Below are positions 17,501-27,815 of a stretch of 64,000 nucleotides of DNA, one piece after another (position 1 is the stretch's first letter; each line of letters opens with the position of its first letter). The DNA is from Verrucomicrobiota bacterium (GTDB lineage: Bacteria > Verrucomicrobiota > Verrucomicrobiia > Limisphaerales > J093). The DNA is taken from NCBI GenBank assembly GCA_012517065.1, contig JAAYVR010000228.1, positions 6,502 to 70,501 of the forward strand. The letters are read 5' to 3'. The notes under the pieces were generated by a model. That model was not told the origin of the DNA. It was given only the letters and a program-made list of their open reading frames with translations, and ran no database searches. The position numbers and the translations under genes are program-made.

Positions 17501-18967
17501 TTACCTGACAAAAACGAGGGTCTGGAGATTTGGTGCGATTCGCTCGAGCTTGGCCACCAAACGGTCTTCATCGGCGGTGCAAGTACCTGAGTGCGACTGG
17601 TTTTTGGCGTCAGTAAGTGAGAGTTTATACCTTGAACCGTCGCGTTCCCACGTGCCCTCACCGGCCAGCGAGAACTGCGGAATACCGGGCAAATCGGTGG
17701 GCACAGCCGCGGGTCTTGGTTGTTCCTCAGGCTGAGCCCCGCGGGCACCGCGGCCTCGACCGAAATAACGCTCGGCTATTCTGGGGTCCATGCCCATGGG
17801 TGGCTGAGGCGTTTCGCCTGCAGCGGCTTGAGCCGCGGCAGCGGCCGCTGCAGCAGCCGCCTTCGCGGTTTCGATCATTCTGTTGGCCTGCTCAGTAAGC
17901 TCCACTTTGACTCTGAACTTGTTGTCTGGCGTCGCCATCAGCGTCGTCTTCGCGAGGAAAACGCCGACCAAGGTCTTCAACTTGGCCATTTCTTGAGCGG
18001 ACATGTCGGGGTTCTCTTTTCGCGCGAGGGTAAACGTGGCTGAGACGTCAAGGATCCAGCGCCCGAGGATTTTCTCTTCGTCATATCTGGCCGACCTGCC
18101 GGTGCTCAAGTATTGGATCAGGTCTTTTAGATCGACCTGACTGACTTCGTTGGCGACTTCGGCATTGTTGATGAGGTTCTGGACTTTTGGATGGTTGATG
18201 AGATTCAGGATTGGGGCCTTGGTTTGCCACGCGTTCAGGAATTCAACATCGTTCACGAGGTCTTTGATGTCGTCTCTCTCGCCGAGTGCAAGAAAAGCGG
18301 GGTAGTTCAAGAGACGCTCCAACAACACAGGATTTTGATACAACAACCCGATCAGGTCTGAAGCCAGATAGTAGTTCTCCTTCATCGGGTCCAACGAAGC
18401 GAGGCTCTTGTCCAGGCCGCTTGCCTGAATCTCCTTTCGCACTGAGGCGATTAGTCTCTGCCATGCAGGGCTTTCATCGCCGGTGGTTTGCACGGCTGGA
18501 TACCCGGCCACGTAAAACACCAATCCCAACATCAGACAGTAAATGGTCGCTTCGAGCATCCCGATGCACACGCCCAAACGCTGATTCAATCTTTCCCATC
18601 GGATGCGGGTGTGATCGTCAGTATTGTACTTGTAGTAAAGAGCCACCTTGTGGTGTACGGGCAGACCGATGATCGCGAATATCAAGACGATGAGGATGAA
18701 CACAGCCACTGGCGGCAGGACGAACCACCACAATTGATTGGTCAGGCCGAGCTTCGGCACCAGCGGCCGCAATGTCGGTGCCAGTGGCAACGCGAGAAAC
18801 GCGGCCAACACCAAGCCGACAAACGACACACCTGCGCGGACCGCGCCTCTGTAATATCCTGCGAGACCCAGCAACCCAAAAACTGCTATGACAATCAGCC
18901 ACGTCAGCATGGAAGCGATTGTAGCAGTCGTCGCGCCAAACGCACGAAAAAATGTTGCTGTACTCAT
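17501..18967 (-). CDS. CvpA-family membrane protein with long soluble C-terminal extension
   Basis: The start is set at ATG 18965-18967 (MSTATFFRAF...). Four N-terminal TM helices are typical of CvpA. A poly-Ala tract (AKAAAAAAAAAAQAAAG) lies near the C-terminus. The upstream 107 codons of the track ORF are Arg/Cys/Gln-rich and atypical for a real protein (judged non-coding). Confidence 0.55.
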   Translation of the reverse strand: MSTATFFRAFGATTATIASMLTWLIVIAVFGLLGLAGYYRGAVRAGVSFVGLVLAAFLALPLAPTLRPLVPKLGLTNQLWWFVLPPVAVFILIVLIFAIIGLPVHHKVALYYKYNTDDHTRIRWERLNQRLGVCIGMLEATIYCLMLGLVFYVAGYPAVQTTGDESPAWQRLIASVRKEIQASGLDKSLASLDPMKENYYLASDLIGLLYQNPVLLERLLNYPAFLALGERDDIKDLVNDVEFLNAWQTKAPILNLINHPKVQNLINNAEVANEVSQVDLKDLIQYLSTGRSARYDEEKILGRWILDVSATFTLARKENPDMSAQEMAKLKTLVGVFLAKTTLMATPDNKFRVKVELTEQANRMIETAKAAAAAAAAAAQAAAGETPQPPMGMDPRIAERYFGRGRGARGAQPEEQPRPAAVPTDLPGIPQFSLAGEGTWERDGSRYKLSLTDAKNQSHSGTCTADEDRLVAKLERIAPNLQTLVFVR

Positions 18968-19009
18968 TGAACCAAGACCAACATGCCGGCCTTGGTTTGT
19001 TAAGCGCGC

Positions 19010-19960
19010 GTGATGAAGCTGAGAACAATTGGCTCTGTTGTAACAAGGCTGTTGCCCGTTTGGGTGCTGCTGGCAGGCGTTGTGGGATATGCCCATCCTC
19101 CAGCTCTTACGTGGCTTAATGGCCGGATTGAATGGCTTTTCGCCGCCACAATGTTGGGAATCGGCGCTGTCCTGACGCCGTCGGATTTCCGGCCGATCTT
19201 TCGTCGGCCGCATCTGGCGTTGCTTGGGACAGTGGCGCAGTTCGGCATCATGCCTTTGACCGGTTTCTTGATCGCACGCGCATTGCATCTTCCTCCAGAG
19301 CTAGCCCTCGGGTTTATCCTTGTCGGTTCCGTGCCCGGCGCCATGGCTTCGAACGTTATCTCTTACCTTGCAAAGGCTGATGTTCCATACTCGATTACCC
19401 TGACGACATGCTCGACCATCTTGGCGCCGATTGCGACTCCAGCCCTGACGTTTGTCTTTGGCCGAACGTATGTGGCAATACCATTCTGGCCGATGCTCTT
19501 GAATATTGTTCAGATTGTGATTGTTCCCCTGGTTTTGGGGCTTGCAGTCCGGCATTGGTTTGGCCGGGCCGTTGAAGGTATTTCGTGGTTATTTCCTTTG
19601 TTGTCCAGCATTGCGATTGCGCTGATATGTGGGCTGGTGGTGGCACTCAACACGGATAAACTCGCCCAAGTAACATGGCTGGTTCTGATTGGCGTGGCCG
19701 CACACAACGCAATTGGTCTGTTGGGGGGGTATCTTGCGGGCAGACTGTACAGGTTTGACCCAACCCGCTGCCGAACATTGGCGATCGAGGTCGGCATGCA
19801 AAACGCCGGTCTGGGAGCAGTGCTTGCGCTGAAACATTTCTCAGCCCAGACAGCACTTCCCAACGCCTTGTTTGCAACGTGGTGCATCGTAACTGCATCG
19901 ATCCTCGCTGAGATTTGGGCCGGGCGATCCAGTCATGGCATCACGGTAACCTCGAAATAA
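19010..19960 (+). CDS. Bile acid:sodium symporter (BASS) family transporter
   Basis: Polytopic 316-aa protein with BASS-like blocks (GFILVGSVPGAMASNVISYLAKADV, EVGMQNAGLGAVLA). Confidence 0.75.
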   Translation: MMKLRTIGSVVTRLLPVWVLLAGVVGYAHPPALTWLNGRIEWLFAATMLGIGAVLTPSDFRPIFRRPHLALLGTVAQFGIMPLTGFLIARALHLPPELALGFILVGSVPGAMASNVISYLAKADVPYSITLTTCSTILAPIATPALTFVFGRTYVAIPFWPMLLNIVQIVIVPLVLGLAVRHWFGRAVEGISWLFPLLSSIAIALICGLVVALNTDKLAQVTWLVLIGVAAHNAIGLLGGYLAGRLYRFDPTRCRTLAIEVGMQNAGLGAVLALKHFSAQTALPNALFATWCIVTASILAEIWAGRSSHGITVTSK

Positions 19961-20344
19961 GAATTACGAGCATGGCACTTTATCAGGAGGGTTCTTGACC
20001 TTGCCTTTCCGTTTTGCATAGGCTGCCTGTCAATTCGCCATGGCGGAGCAGCAAATGCAGTGCTTCGAACCAGGTCGATCGCGCGAATCGCAGAGCGGCG
20101 CAGGTACAACCGAGTTACCGTGGCAAGACAAGTTCGTTCGTTGCAAGCTTGGTGTTCCGCCACGCTGTGTGGCCCGGGGTGGCTTGGTCGCGCCCGGCGG
20201 CGATGAGTTGAGATGAGTGCATGCATTCTTTCAGGCAAAAGGCTTGAACGATCACGCAACTTGCGATGCTCGCGCGGATTCTTTAAGATGGGAGTGCAAA
20301 GCAACGGCGGCCGTTTGGTTCATGAACAACAACAAAAACTCACT

Positions 20345-21697
20345 ATGAAGACACAGCATGGGTCCACAACTCGCAGGGATTTTCTTCGAACATCAACAAC
20401 CGCCATCGCAACGGCGATGGTGGTGCCGGCACACGTTTTGGGACGTGGTGGCGAGCCGCCGCCTTCGGCCCGGTTGAACATCGCGGGCATTGGCGTGGGC
20501 GGGATGGGGGCGGGCGACATCAACGCTGTCGCGCAAGGGAACAATATTGTGGCCTTGTGCGACGTCGATACGAAACATTCGGCCGAGACTTTCAAGAAAT
20601 TCCCAAACGCCAAGCAATACCGGGATTTCAGGAAGATGTTCGACGAAATGGAAAAGAGCATCGACGCTGTGGTCGTTGCCACGCCAGACCACACGCACGC
20701 AGTCGCCGCAATGGCTGCAATCAAGCGGCGCAAGCATGTTTATTGCGAAAAACCGCTTGCGCATTCGGTTCACGAGGTTCGCGAACTCATGAAAGCGGCG
20801 CGCGAGTACAACGTTGTGACTCAGCTTGGCAACCAGGGGCATTCTTTCGGCACGATTCGTGATTTCTGTGAATGGATATGGGATGGCGCGATTGGCAAGG
20901 TGCACACAATCCACGCCGGATGTTCTGCGGTGAATTCGGGAATCGACCAGCTCGCACAGCTCAAGGAAACCCACCGTGTTCCGGAGACGCTCGATTGGGA
21001 TTTGTGGCTGGGTCCAGCGCAATGGCGTCCTTATCACCCGGTCTATTTGCCAGGGGCGTGGCGTGGGTGGGTGCCTTTTGGGAATGGGACAGTGGGCGAT
21101 TGGGTCTGTCACGTGGTTGATCCGGTTTTCTGGGCGCTGGACCTTGGCGCGCCGAAGACGATTTGCGCTCAGGTCAAGAATTACGATTTCAAGACGCAGG
21201 GCGATGCGTATCCAAAGGGGGAGATCATCACGTACGAGTTCCCCGCAAAAGGGAACCGCGGCCCCATAACCATGCATTGGTACAGCGGCACAGAACGAAT
21301 TCCGCGTCCGCCTGAACTCGAGCCCGACCAAAAGTCAGTTGACACCGGTGCGGTCGTCATCGGCGACAAGGGCACAATCGTCTATGGTTCGCACGGCGCG
21401 GGCGGAGTGCGATTGATCCCGCAGACACGAATGGACGAGTACAAGCGCCCGCCCAAGACAATTCCGCGCGCAAAAGAACATCATCAGGATTGGTTGGAGG
21501 CGATTCGCAATGGCACAAGAGCGGGCTCGGACTTTTCGTACGGTGGACCGCTGACCGAGATCGCAATGCTCGGTGTAATCGCCATCAAGCTTGCCGGCAC
21601 AAAACTCGAATGGGACGCCGAGAACGTCCGTTTCACAAACTGCCCGGAGGCGAATCAGTTCATCAACCCGCCGTATCGCGCAGGGTGGACACTCTGA
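20345..21697 (+). CDS. TAT-exported Gfo/Idh/MocA family oxidoreductase
   Basis: Twin-arginine signal TTRRDFLRTSTTAIATAMV. Rossmann motif NIAGIGVGGMG. Start is at ATG 20345. Confidence 0.8.
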   Translation: MKTQHGSTTRRDFLRTSTTAIATAMVVPAHVLGRGGEPPPSARLNIAGIGVGGMGAGDINAVAQGNNIVALCDVDTKHSAETFKKFPNAKQYRDFRKMFDEMEKSIDAVVVATPDHTHAVAAMAAIKRRKHVYCEKPLAHSVHEVRELMKAAREYNVVTQLGNQGHSFGTIRDFCEWIWDGAIGKVHTIHAGCSAVNSGIDQLAQLKETHRVPETLDWDLWLGPAQWRPYHPVYLPGAWRGWVPFGNGTVGDWVCHVVDPVFWALDLGAPKTICAQVKNYDFKTQGDAYPKGEIITYEFPAKGNRGPITMHWYSGTERIPRPPELEPDQKSVDTGAVVIGDKGTIVYGSHGAGGVRLIPQTRMDEYKRPPKTIPRAKEHHQDWLEAIRNGTRAGSDFSYGGPLTEIAMLGVIAIKLAGTKLEWDAENVRFTNCPEANQFINPPYRAGWTL

Positions 21698-21747
21698 AAT
21701 CCCGAAACTCCGAAGCTCCAGTCCGCCGCGCCGCGACCCGGTTTTGG

Positions 21748-22683
21748 ATGCGCCCCGGCTGGGCTTGGACACTGTACCTGTTGGCTGTCTTCGTAGGCGG
21801 TCCGCTGCTGTGGCCGTGGGTTTACACGGTGGGCCAGTTTGCCAGTGATGTGCCTCTGTTCTCGTCGTTGGCCGAGGTCCCGTCTCATCGCTATCTGACC
21901 CGGTGCATGATGATGATTGCTATAGTGGGGCTCTGGCCTCTGTTCAAGGCGCTGGATCTTTCGTCATGGCGGAAATTGGGATTGGCGCCGTTGAAGCCCA
22001 ACGTGCACCGCCTGATCAGCGGATTCGGGTTGGGGTTTGTTTCGCTGGCGGTTGTACTGGTGATTTCGATTGCGAGCCGCGGACGCGCGTGGTGTGGGGA
22101 CCGTGATACAGTCGATGTTTTGCGCCATGTTGTGAGTGCTGGACTGGCCGCAATCGTTGTCAGCCCGCTCGAAGAGGTGCTGTTTCGGGGCGGACTTTTT
22201 GGCGCGCTTCGCAAAGAGTACAGTTGGAAACTGGCGCTGGTCGTGAGCAGTTTGGTTTATGCGGCTGTTCATTTTCTCGACCGAGGGCAGTGGACGGGGC
22301 CGGTGACGTGGTCAAGTGGGATAACTTTGCTCGGCCGGATGTTTGCAGGCGCGGGCGGGTCGGTGGCTCTTGTGCCGCGCTTTTTGACATTGTTCATTGC
22401 TGGCGTGGTGCTTGGCATGGCTTATCATTGGACCGGGAACCTGTGGTGTTCGGTGGGCCTGCACGCAGGATGGATATTTTGGCTGAAATCTTACGGTTTC
22501 CTCACAAGAGAAGTGGATGGGGCAGCGTCGCGGCTTTGGGGCACAGGGCGGTTGATTGATGGTTGGCTGGCGGTGTTTGTGATGTTTGGCGTGCTTGCAG
22601 GGGTGTGGGCATGGTTCACCCGCCGGTCAGAACGACTTGGAAATGATCGCAACACAGCTCAATCAGGCACAGATGCTGTTTGA
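21748..22683 (+). CDS. CPBP-family (CAAX) intramembrane metalloprotease
   Basis: Motif 1 is EEVLFRGGLFG. Later motifs are AAVHFLD and GLHAGWIF. Multiple TM helices. Start is at ATG 21748, after the upstream gene ends at 21697. Confidence 0.7.
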   Translation: MRPGWAWTLYLLAVFVGGPLLWPWVYTVGQFASDVPLFSSLAEVPSHRYLTRCMMMIAIVGLWPLFKALDLSSWRKLGLAPLKPNVHRLISGFGLGFVSLAVVLVISIASRGRAWCGDRDTVDVLRHVVSAGLAAIVVSPLEEVLFRGGLFGALRKEYSWKLALVVSSLVYAAVHFLDRGQWTGPVTWSSGITLLGRMFAGAGGSVALVPRFLTLFIAGVVLGMAYHWTGNLWCSVGLHAGWIFWLKSYGFLTREVDGAASRLWGTGRLIDGWLAVFVMFGVLAGVWAWFTRRSERLGNDRNTAQSGTDAV

Positions 22684-23398
22684 GTCTATCCTCGCTTTTT
22701 TCTATCCCGAATGCTGCCAGATTTGCGGGGAGAGAAGGGCCAGAGCCAGGGAGGGATACATTTGCAGCAACTGCAGGCAACAACCGGGAGCGATACGGTG
22801 GATTGAACCGCCGATTTGTGAGCGGTGTGGATTGCCGTTCGATGGCCAAATCACGAATAAGTTCGAATGCGCAAACTGCCGGGAAGCGGATTTGCAGTTC
22901 AGTTGGGCCAGAGCAGCAGTCGTTGCGAGCGGGCTCGTGTTGGAGGTCATTCACAGGTACAAGTACTACGGCGCGCTTTGGTTCGAACCGTTTCTGGCCG
23001 AGCTGCTGATTGCGCGGGCAGGCACACATTTGCGCCGTCAAGACTGGGACATGATAGTTCCGGTGCCGCTGCATCCTCTCAAACTGCGCGAACGCGAGTT
23101 CAATCAGGCTGAACGTTTGGCGCGTCACCTTGCCCGGGCAACCGGAATACCATTGAACGTCCACGTTGTCCAAAGGGTCAAAAGCACTCAGACACAGACC
23201 ATGTTGACCAGGCCGAAACGAGCGCAGAACGTGCGCGGGGCTTTCAAGCTGCGGCCAACAGCGCGGCTCGATGGAGAACGCGTTGTGTTGGTGGACGACG
23301 TCTTGACCACCGGAGCCACCACAAGCGAGTGCGCTGGCACTTTGTTAAAGGGCGGCGCGAGAGAAGTTTGCGTATGGACAGTGGCCAGAGGCTTGTGA
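22673..23398 (+). CDS. ComF-family phosphoribosyltransferase-fold protein
   Basis: N-terminal Cys pairs CCQICG..CSNC and CERCG..CANC. PRT motif VVLVDDVLTTGATT. Confidence 0.7.
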   Translation: MLFESILAFFYPECCQICGERRARAREGYICSNCRQQPGAIRWIEPPICERCGLPFDGQITNKFECANCREADLQFSWARAAVVASGLVLEVIHRYKYYGALWFEPFLAELLIARAGTHLRRQDWDMIVPVPLHPLKLREREFNQAERLARHLARATGIPLNVHVVQRVKSTQTQTMLTRPKRAQNVRGAFKLRPTARLDGERVVLVDDVLTTGATTSECAGTLLKGGAREVCVWTVARGL

Positions 23399-23473
23399 AA
23401 AGGTTCGCGCTCTTTATACTAGCGGGTTTGCGACCCGGCCCCCTGCTCGGGGGCGGCAATTGATTTTAACAAC

Positions 23474-24400
23474 TTGCTTATGGCGCCTTTTGTTCCAAGA
23501 AAGAAGCTGCAGGTGGAACCTGCCAATCCAAAACGCGTCGCTGCGCCTTTGGCGGATACCAAGCTCATAAGGAAACCGAAACTGGGCACTTCGCGGCCCC
23601 GCAAAAAAGACATCCCCGAAGGCCTTTGGACAAAATGCACGAAATGCGGGACGATGATCTATGACAAGGAGCTGGATGAAAACCTCAAGGTCTGCATGCA
23701 TTGCGGTTACCACTTTCAGATAAGCGCCCGCGAACGCATAAATGCGCTTGTTGAAACCTGCTCATTTGAAGAGATGGACGCTTCAATGACAAGCGTCGAT
23801 ATCCTGAACTTCAAGGGCGTGGCGTCCTACACCGAAAAACTCAAACAATACCAGCAATCCACCGGCTCGAAAGACGCAGTCGTCACCGGAATTTGCCTGA
23901 TCGGCCCTTACAGAGTCGGCTTGGGCGTGATGGATTTCAACTTTCTCGGCGGGTCAATGGGAACCGTTGTCGGCGAAAAACTCACCCGACTGATCGAGAC
24001 CTGCACCGACAGAGCACTTCCGCTTATCATTATATCGGCCAGCGGCGGCGCCCGAATGTATGAGGGTATGTTCAGCCTCATGCAGATGGCCAAAACGTCC
24101 GCGGCCCTTGCATACCACGCGCGGAATCGCCTCCCTTATATCAGCGTCTTAACACATCCAACGACCGCCGGCGTAATGGCCAGCTTCGCAAGCCTCGGCG
24201 ATCTCATTCTTGCCGAGCCGGGCGCGATGATTGGGTTTGCTGGACCACGCGTTATCAAGGACACAACACAGGCCGAGTTACCGCCTGGATTTCAAACTGC
24301 GGAGTTTCTCCAGCAGCACGGTTTGATTGATGACATCGTGCCCCGCGGTGAAATGAAACAGCGACTGATCAATTACCTCGGCTTCTTGACGGGCAACTGA
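23474..24400 (+). CDS. accD: Acetyl-CoA carboxylase carboxyltransferase beta subunit
   Basis: Zn-ribbon CTKCGTMIYDKELDENLKVCMHCGYH. Carboxyltransferase block GGSMGTVVGEK..SASGGARMYEG. Confidence 0.9.
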   Translation: MLMAPFVPRKKLQVEPANPKRVAAPLADTKLIRKPKLGTSRPRKKDIPEGLWTKCTKCGTMIYDKELDENLKVCMHCGYHFQISARERINALVETCSFEEMDASMTSVDILNFKGVASYTEKLKQYQQSTGSKDAVVTGICLIGPYRVGLGVMDFNFLGGSMGTVVGEKLTRLIETCTDRALPLIIISASGGARMYEGMFSLMQMAKTSAALAYHARNRLPYISVLTHPTTAGVMASFASLGDLILAEPGAMIGFAGPRVIKDTTQAELPPGFQTAEFLQQHGLIDDIVPRGEMKQRLINYLGFLTGN

Positions 24401-25707
24401 CCCATCGATTTGAGCTTCCTGAATAGCGTGCTGACGTTTATGCCGAGTTCACGGGCAGCGGCTGCACGATTGCCCTTGTGCCTGCGGAGCGCGTCCTGAA
24501 TCAGGAGTTTTTCCATCGCCGCGAGTGTCAGTCCCGCAGGCAATCCGGGCCGCGCGCTTTCTTGACCTTCGCGCAGGTAAGGCGGCAAATGATCCAGTTC
24601 AATCAAGCCGCTCCGGCAAAGGACAAACGCGTGCTCGATGATGTTTTCGAGCTCGCGCACGTTGCCGGGAAAATCGTACTCCATGAGCCGTGCCAGCACG
24701 GCGTCTGACACACCGGCGATGTCACGCCCCTTGAGCCGATTAAAGGCCGAGACAAAATAATCAATCAACAGGGGAATGTCCTCTCTGCGCTCGCGAAGAC
24801 TCGGCAATTCCAGCCGCACTACATTGATCCGATAAAACAGGTCCTCGCGGAATTTGCCTTCGCGAACCAGCGCGCTCAGCGACTTGTTCGTGGCTGCAAT
24901 TACTCGCACATCACAAGGAACCGGCTCGATTGTTCCCAAGGGTTCATAAACACGTTCCTGCAGCACCCGCAACAACCGCGCCTGCATGGCAGGCGAAATG
25001 TCACCAATCTCATCCAGAAACAGTGTGCCACCTTCGGCAAGGGCGAATCGGCCGGGTTTGTCCTTTTTCGCGTCGGTGAATGCGCCCGCCTTGTAACCGA
25101 ACAACTCACTTTCGAGCAGTGTGTCGGGCAATGCTCCGCAATTCAGCGCCACGAAACGTTTTTCACGCCGCCGCGATAGTCGATGAATGGCCCGGGCCAC
25201 GAGTTCCTTGCCCGTGCCGCTTGCGCCTTCGAGCAACACAGTGCTGTTGCTCTCCGCCACCGGCGGTAACAATTCAAACAAACGCCGCATCGCAGCGCTG
25301 CGCCCGATGATGTCCGAAAACGACACTTGCTGGTCAGCCTGCTGGCGCAATTCCTCCACAAGGCGGAGATCGCGAAAGCTTTCGACCCCGCCAATTACTC
25401 GGCCGCGCGAGTCCTTTAGAACCGCAGTCGAAATGCTGATCGGGATGCGTTCCCCATGTGCATTGACGATGTAAACCACCTTGTTGAGGACCGGCCTGTG
25501 GGTCGCCAGCGTCTGTTTCAGTGCGCAGGCGGTCTCGCAAATGCTGGCGCGAAACACTTCACAGCATGGACGCCCGATGGCCTCTTCCCGAGGCACACCT
25601 GTGATCTGCTCCGCCGCGCTGTTGAACAGAGTGATCCGCCAGTTGGCGTCCACGGCAAACACCCCGTCCGGCACGCAGTCAAGAAGGTCTGTTGATATGC
25701 TAGCCAT
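24373..25707 (-). CDS. PAS-domain sigma-54-dependent transcriptional activator (Fis-type HTH)
   Basis: AAA+ sigma-54 interaction domain with GASGTGKE, GAFTDA and ESELFGY. C-terminal HTH is NRAAAARELGINVSTLFRKLK. The N-terminal PAS domain carries a Cys cluster (GRPCCEVFRASICETACALK). Start is at 25707 or 25761. Confidence 0.85.
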   Translation of the reverse strand: MASISTDLLDCVPDGVFAVDANWRITLFNSAAEQITGVPREEAIGRPCCEVFRASICETACALKQTLATHRPVLNKVVYIVNAHGERIPISISTAVLKDSRGRVIGGVESFRDLRLVEELRQQADQQVSFSDIIGRSAAMRRLFELLPPVAESNSTVLLEGASGTGKELVARAIHRLSRRREKRFVALNCGALPDTLLESELFGYKAGAFTDAKKDKPGRFALAEGGTLFLDEIGDISPAMQARLLRVLQERVYEPLGTIEPVPCDVRVIAATNKSLSALVREGKFREDLFYRINVVRLELPSLRERREDIPLLIDYFVSAFNRLKGRDIAGVSDAVLARLMEYDFPGNVRELENIIEHAFVLCRSGLIELDHLPPYLREGQESARPGLPAGLTLAAMEKLLIQDALRRHKGNRAAAARELGINVSTLFRKLKSMGQLPVKKPR

Positions 25708-25718
25708 TCGAACCCGTT

Positions 25719-25946
25719 TCAACGCAGGGACCACGAATCTGCTCCCGATCGAGCATGGCATGCAAGCCTGAAGGAACTCGTTCCGTGCAAGCGATCGTCG
25801 TGCATGATGAGATCGCTTTGCCCCGTGTCAAACGGCATTCTTTCTGAGCCGACTCGAAGGTGGAATGCAAGGCCGTGATCCGCCTCGAAGCCGCGACTGC
25901 GCACAGAGTTTTCCACCAACACAGTGATTAGGGTTATCTCGTTCAC
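25719..25946 (-). pseudogene. N-terminal fragment of an MBL-fold hydrolase-like gene
   Basis: MNEITLITVLVENSV..EADHGLAFHLRVGSERMPFDTGQSDLIMHDDRLHG resembles the first ~55 aa of MBL-fold proteins of about 260-290 aa (recalled pattern). The reading frame then degenerates and terminates next to the activator gene. Confidence 0.35.
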
Positions 25947-26821
25947 GGTCTTCTGTCCTCACGTTGGGGGTTGCACATGTTCCGCCCCGTTAGGGTTGTT
26001 CGTGCCAGGTGAGGAAAGAAACGGGCCAGTCCGGCGACCAGCACAAGTGCAATCCCGAGAGCGCACACAATGGCAGCTCCGACGGGAAGATCGAGCACCG
26101 GCGTTACGGCAAGGCTCGAGATGCTGGCCACGGTTGCCACCGTCCAGCCTACCAACAGCCTGGGTCTCAATTTGGCAGCCAAATAGTTGCCGCATACCGC
26201 CGGCACAATCAGATATGAGAACGTCAGAAGCACCCCGCCGATGTGAACGAAGCTGGTGACCACAAACCCGAACATCACGTAAAACAAGAAGTCCCACCAC
26301 CGAACTGATAGCCCGTTGCGCTCGGCAGTGTCCGGGTCTTCTGAAATGGCAATGAACTGTCGCCGGAAAACATAGTGAACCACGCCAACCACAAAAAAGA
26401 GTCCAATTGTCTGAATCACTTCCCGCGGTGGAACAACCAACAGCTCGCCGACAAGCGATCGCTGGAGTTCTTCCTTGCCACCGGTGCTCTTCATGAGGAT
26501 GAGAATGCCTGCCGCTGCAGCCACAACATAAACAACGCCGATCAGAGCTTCCTGTGGCACACGAGGATGCCGCGTTCGCGTAAGAGTGAATACGACCGCG
26601 CCCGCGAGGGTAAATCCTGCGGACCATGCATAGGTCTGCCATGAATGGAGATCGTGCCCGACAAGAAGAGCCACGCACGTGCCGAGAGCCGCCACTTGCG
26701 CCAGCGCCAAATCAACAAAAATGATCTGCCGCTGGACAACGTGTAGCCCGAGGTACACTAACAACCATGGCAGCGTGAGACACGCAATCAACGGCCATTT
26801 CATCAAACTCAGCAGTTCCAT
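25943..26821 (-). CDS. Metal ABC transporter permease (ABC-3 family, ZnuB/MntB-like)
   Basis: 292-aa polytopic protein with the typical ABC-3 layout. It overlaps or abuts the substrate-binding-protein gene. Confidence 0.8.
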   Translation of the reverse strand: MELLSLMKWPLIACLTLPWLLVYLGLHVVQRQIIFVDLALAQVAALGTCVALLVGHDLHSWQTYAWSAGFTLAGAVVFTLTRTRHPRVPQEALIGVVYVVAAAAGILILMKSTGGKEELQRSLVGELLVVPPREVIQTIGLFFVVGVVHYVFRRQFIAISEDPDTAERNGLSVRWWDFLFYVMFGFVVTSFVHIGGVLLTFSYLIVPAVCGNYLAAKLRPRLLVGWTVATVASISSLAVTPVLDLPVGAAIVCALGIALVLVAGLARFFPHLARTTLTGRNMCNPQREDRRP

Positions 26822-26849
26822 CGTACATCACCTCGTTGTGTGCCGTGCC

Positions 26850-27794
26850 TCATGGTTTCTTGCCAACACTCTGGCCGAGGGCGTTGGCCAGTGACGTCAC
26901 CAAATGGTCCATGTATTTCACGTAGTCCTCCTCGGTGCCCTTTACCCCGCCGGGGAAACCGGCAACGTCAACCACCACAGCGCCGGTGTTCCGCGCCACA
27001 CTTTCTGCTGTGTGCCGGTTAAGATATGGTTGCACGATGATCACGCGCGCTCCGGTCTCCTTCATTCTAGCCATGACATCAGCCAGGTGCGCCGGCGTGG
27101 GCGGCAACCCCGGTTTGGGCTCGAGAAATAGGTCAATCTGCAGTCCAAACCGCCGGGCAAAGTACGGCCACGAATTGTGATACGCCACAACGTGCTGGCC
27201 CTTGAATGGTGCAAGAAGTTTTTCCCACTCGGCCAGCTTGGAATCCACGGCCGACTCGAATTTCTTGAGATTAGACCGGTAAACCTCGGCCGAGGCGCTG
27301 TCCAGTTTGCAGAACGCGTCCGCAATCCGCTTCGCCACCAGCACGGCATTCACCGGGTCTGTCATGAAGTGAGGGTTGCCCATGGCGTGCATGTCCCCCT
27401 GCGAGCGATCCAGCGTCGCTGGAACCTCGACCAATTCCACGGCTTCGCTGGCGCGTACTCGACCAGGAGCGCCGATGGCGATCCGCGGATTTCGCACACT
27501 CTGCAACAGCGCCGGAAGCCAGCCAATTTCAAGTTCGGCGCCGCCCTCGATCAGCACATCCGCCTTGTTGAGCTTCAAGATCAGGCTTGGCTTGGCATCG
27601 ACAAAGTGCGGGTCTTCGGTTGGCTTGGCAAGAGCGGTTACTTCGACGCGATCGCCCCCAACCGCTTTTGCAATGGCGGCGAAATCAGGGGTGGTAGTAA
27701 CCACGTTCAGTTTCGCGTGCGACGCCAGCGGCAGTCCAACCACCAGCGCAATCGAGTAAAAGAGTGATTTGGTTTTCATCGGTTGAATAAACAC
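26850..27794 (-). CDS. Metal ABC transporter substrate-binding protein (ZnuA/TroA family)
   Basis: Signal peptide present. Family blocks: VVTTTPDFAAIAKAVGGDRVEVTALAKPTEDPHFVDAKPS, HNSWPYFARRFGL. Confidence 0.8.
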   Translation of the reverse strand: MFIQPMKTKSLFYSIALVVGLPLASHAKLNVVTTTPDFAAIAKAVGGDRVEVTALAKPTEDPHFVDAKPSLILKLNKADVLIEGGAELEIGWLPALLQSVRNPRIAIGAPGRVRASEAVELVEVPATLDRSQGDMHAMGNPHFMTDPVNAVLVAKRIADAFCKLDSASAEVYRSNLKKFESAVDSKLAEWEKLLAPFKGQHVVAYHNSWPYFARRFGLQIDLFLEPKPGLPPTPAHLADVMARMKETGARVIIVQPYLNRHTAESVARNTGAVVVDVAGFPGGVKGTEEDYVKYMDHLVTSLANALGQSVGKKP

Positions 27795-27815
27795 AAGGTT
27801 ATGTTGTTCGTGTTG

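Noticed and set aside
20393-21331. 312-aa minus-strand ORF (and similar long antisense ORFs at 12325..13074, 33074..33978, 48646..49269, 50962..51705)
   Set aside because: All are antisense to genes with clear family signatures. Their composition is typical of GC-rich shadow frames.
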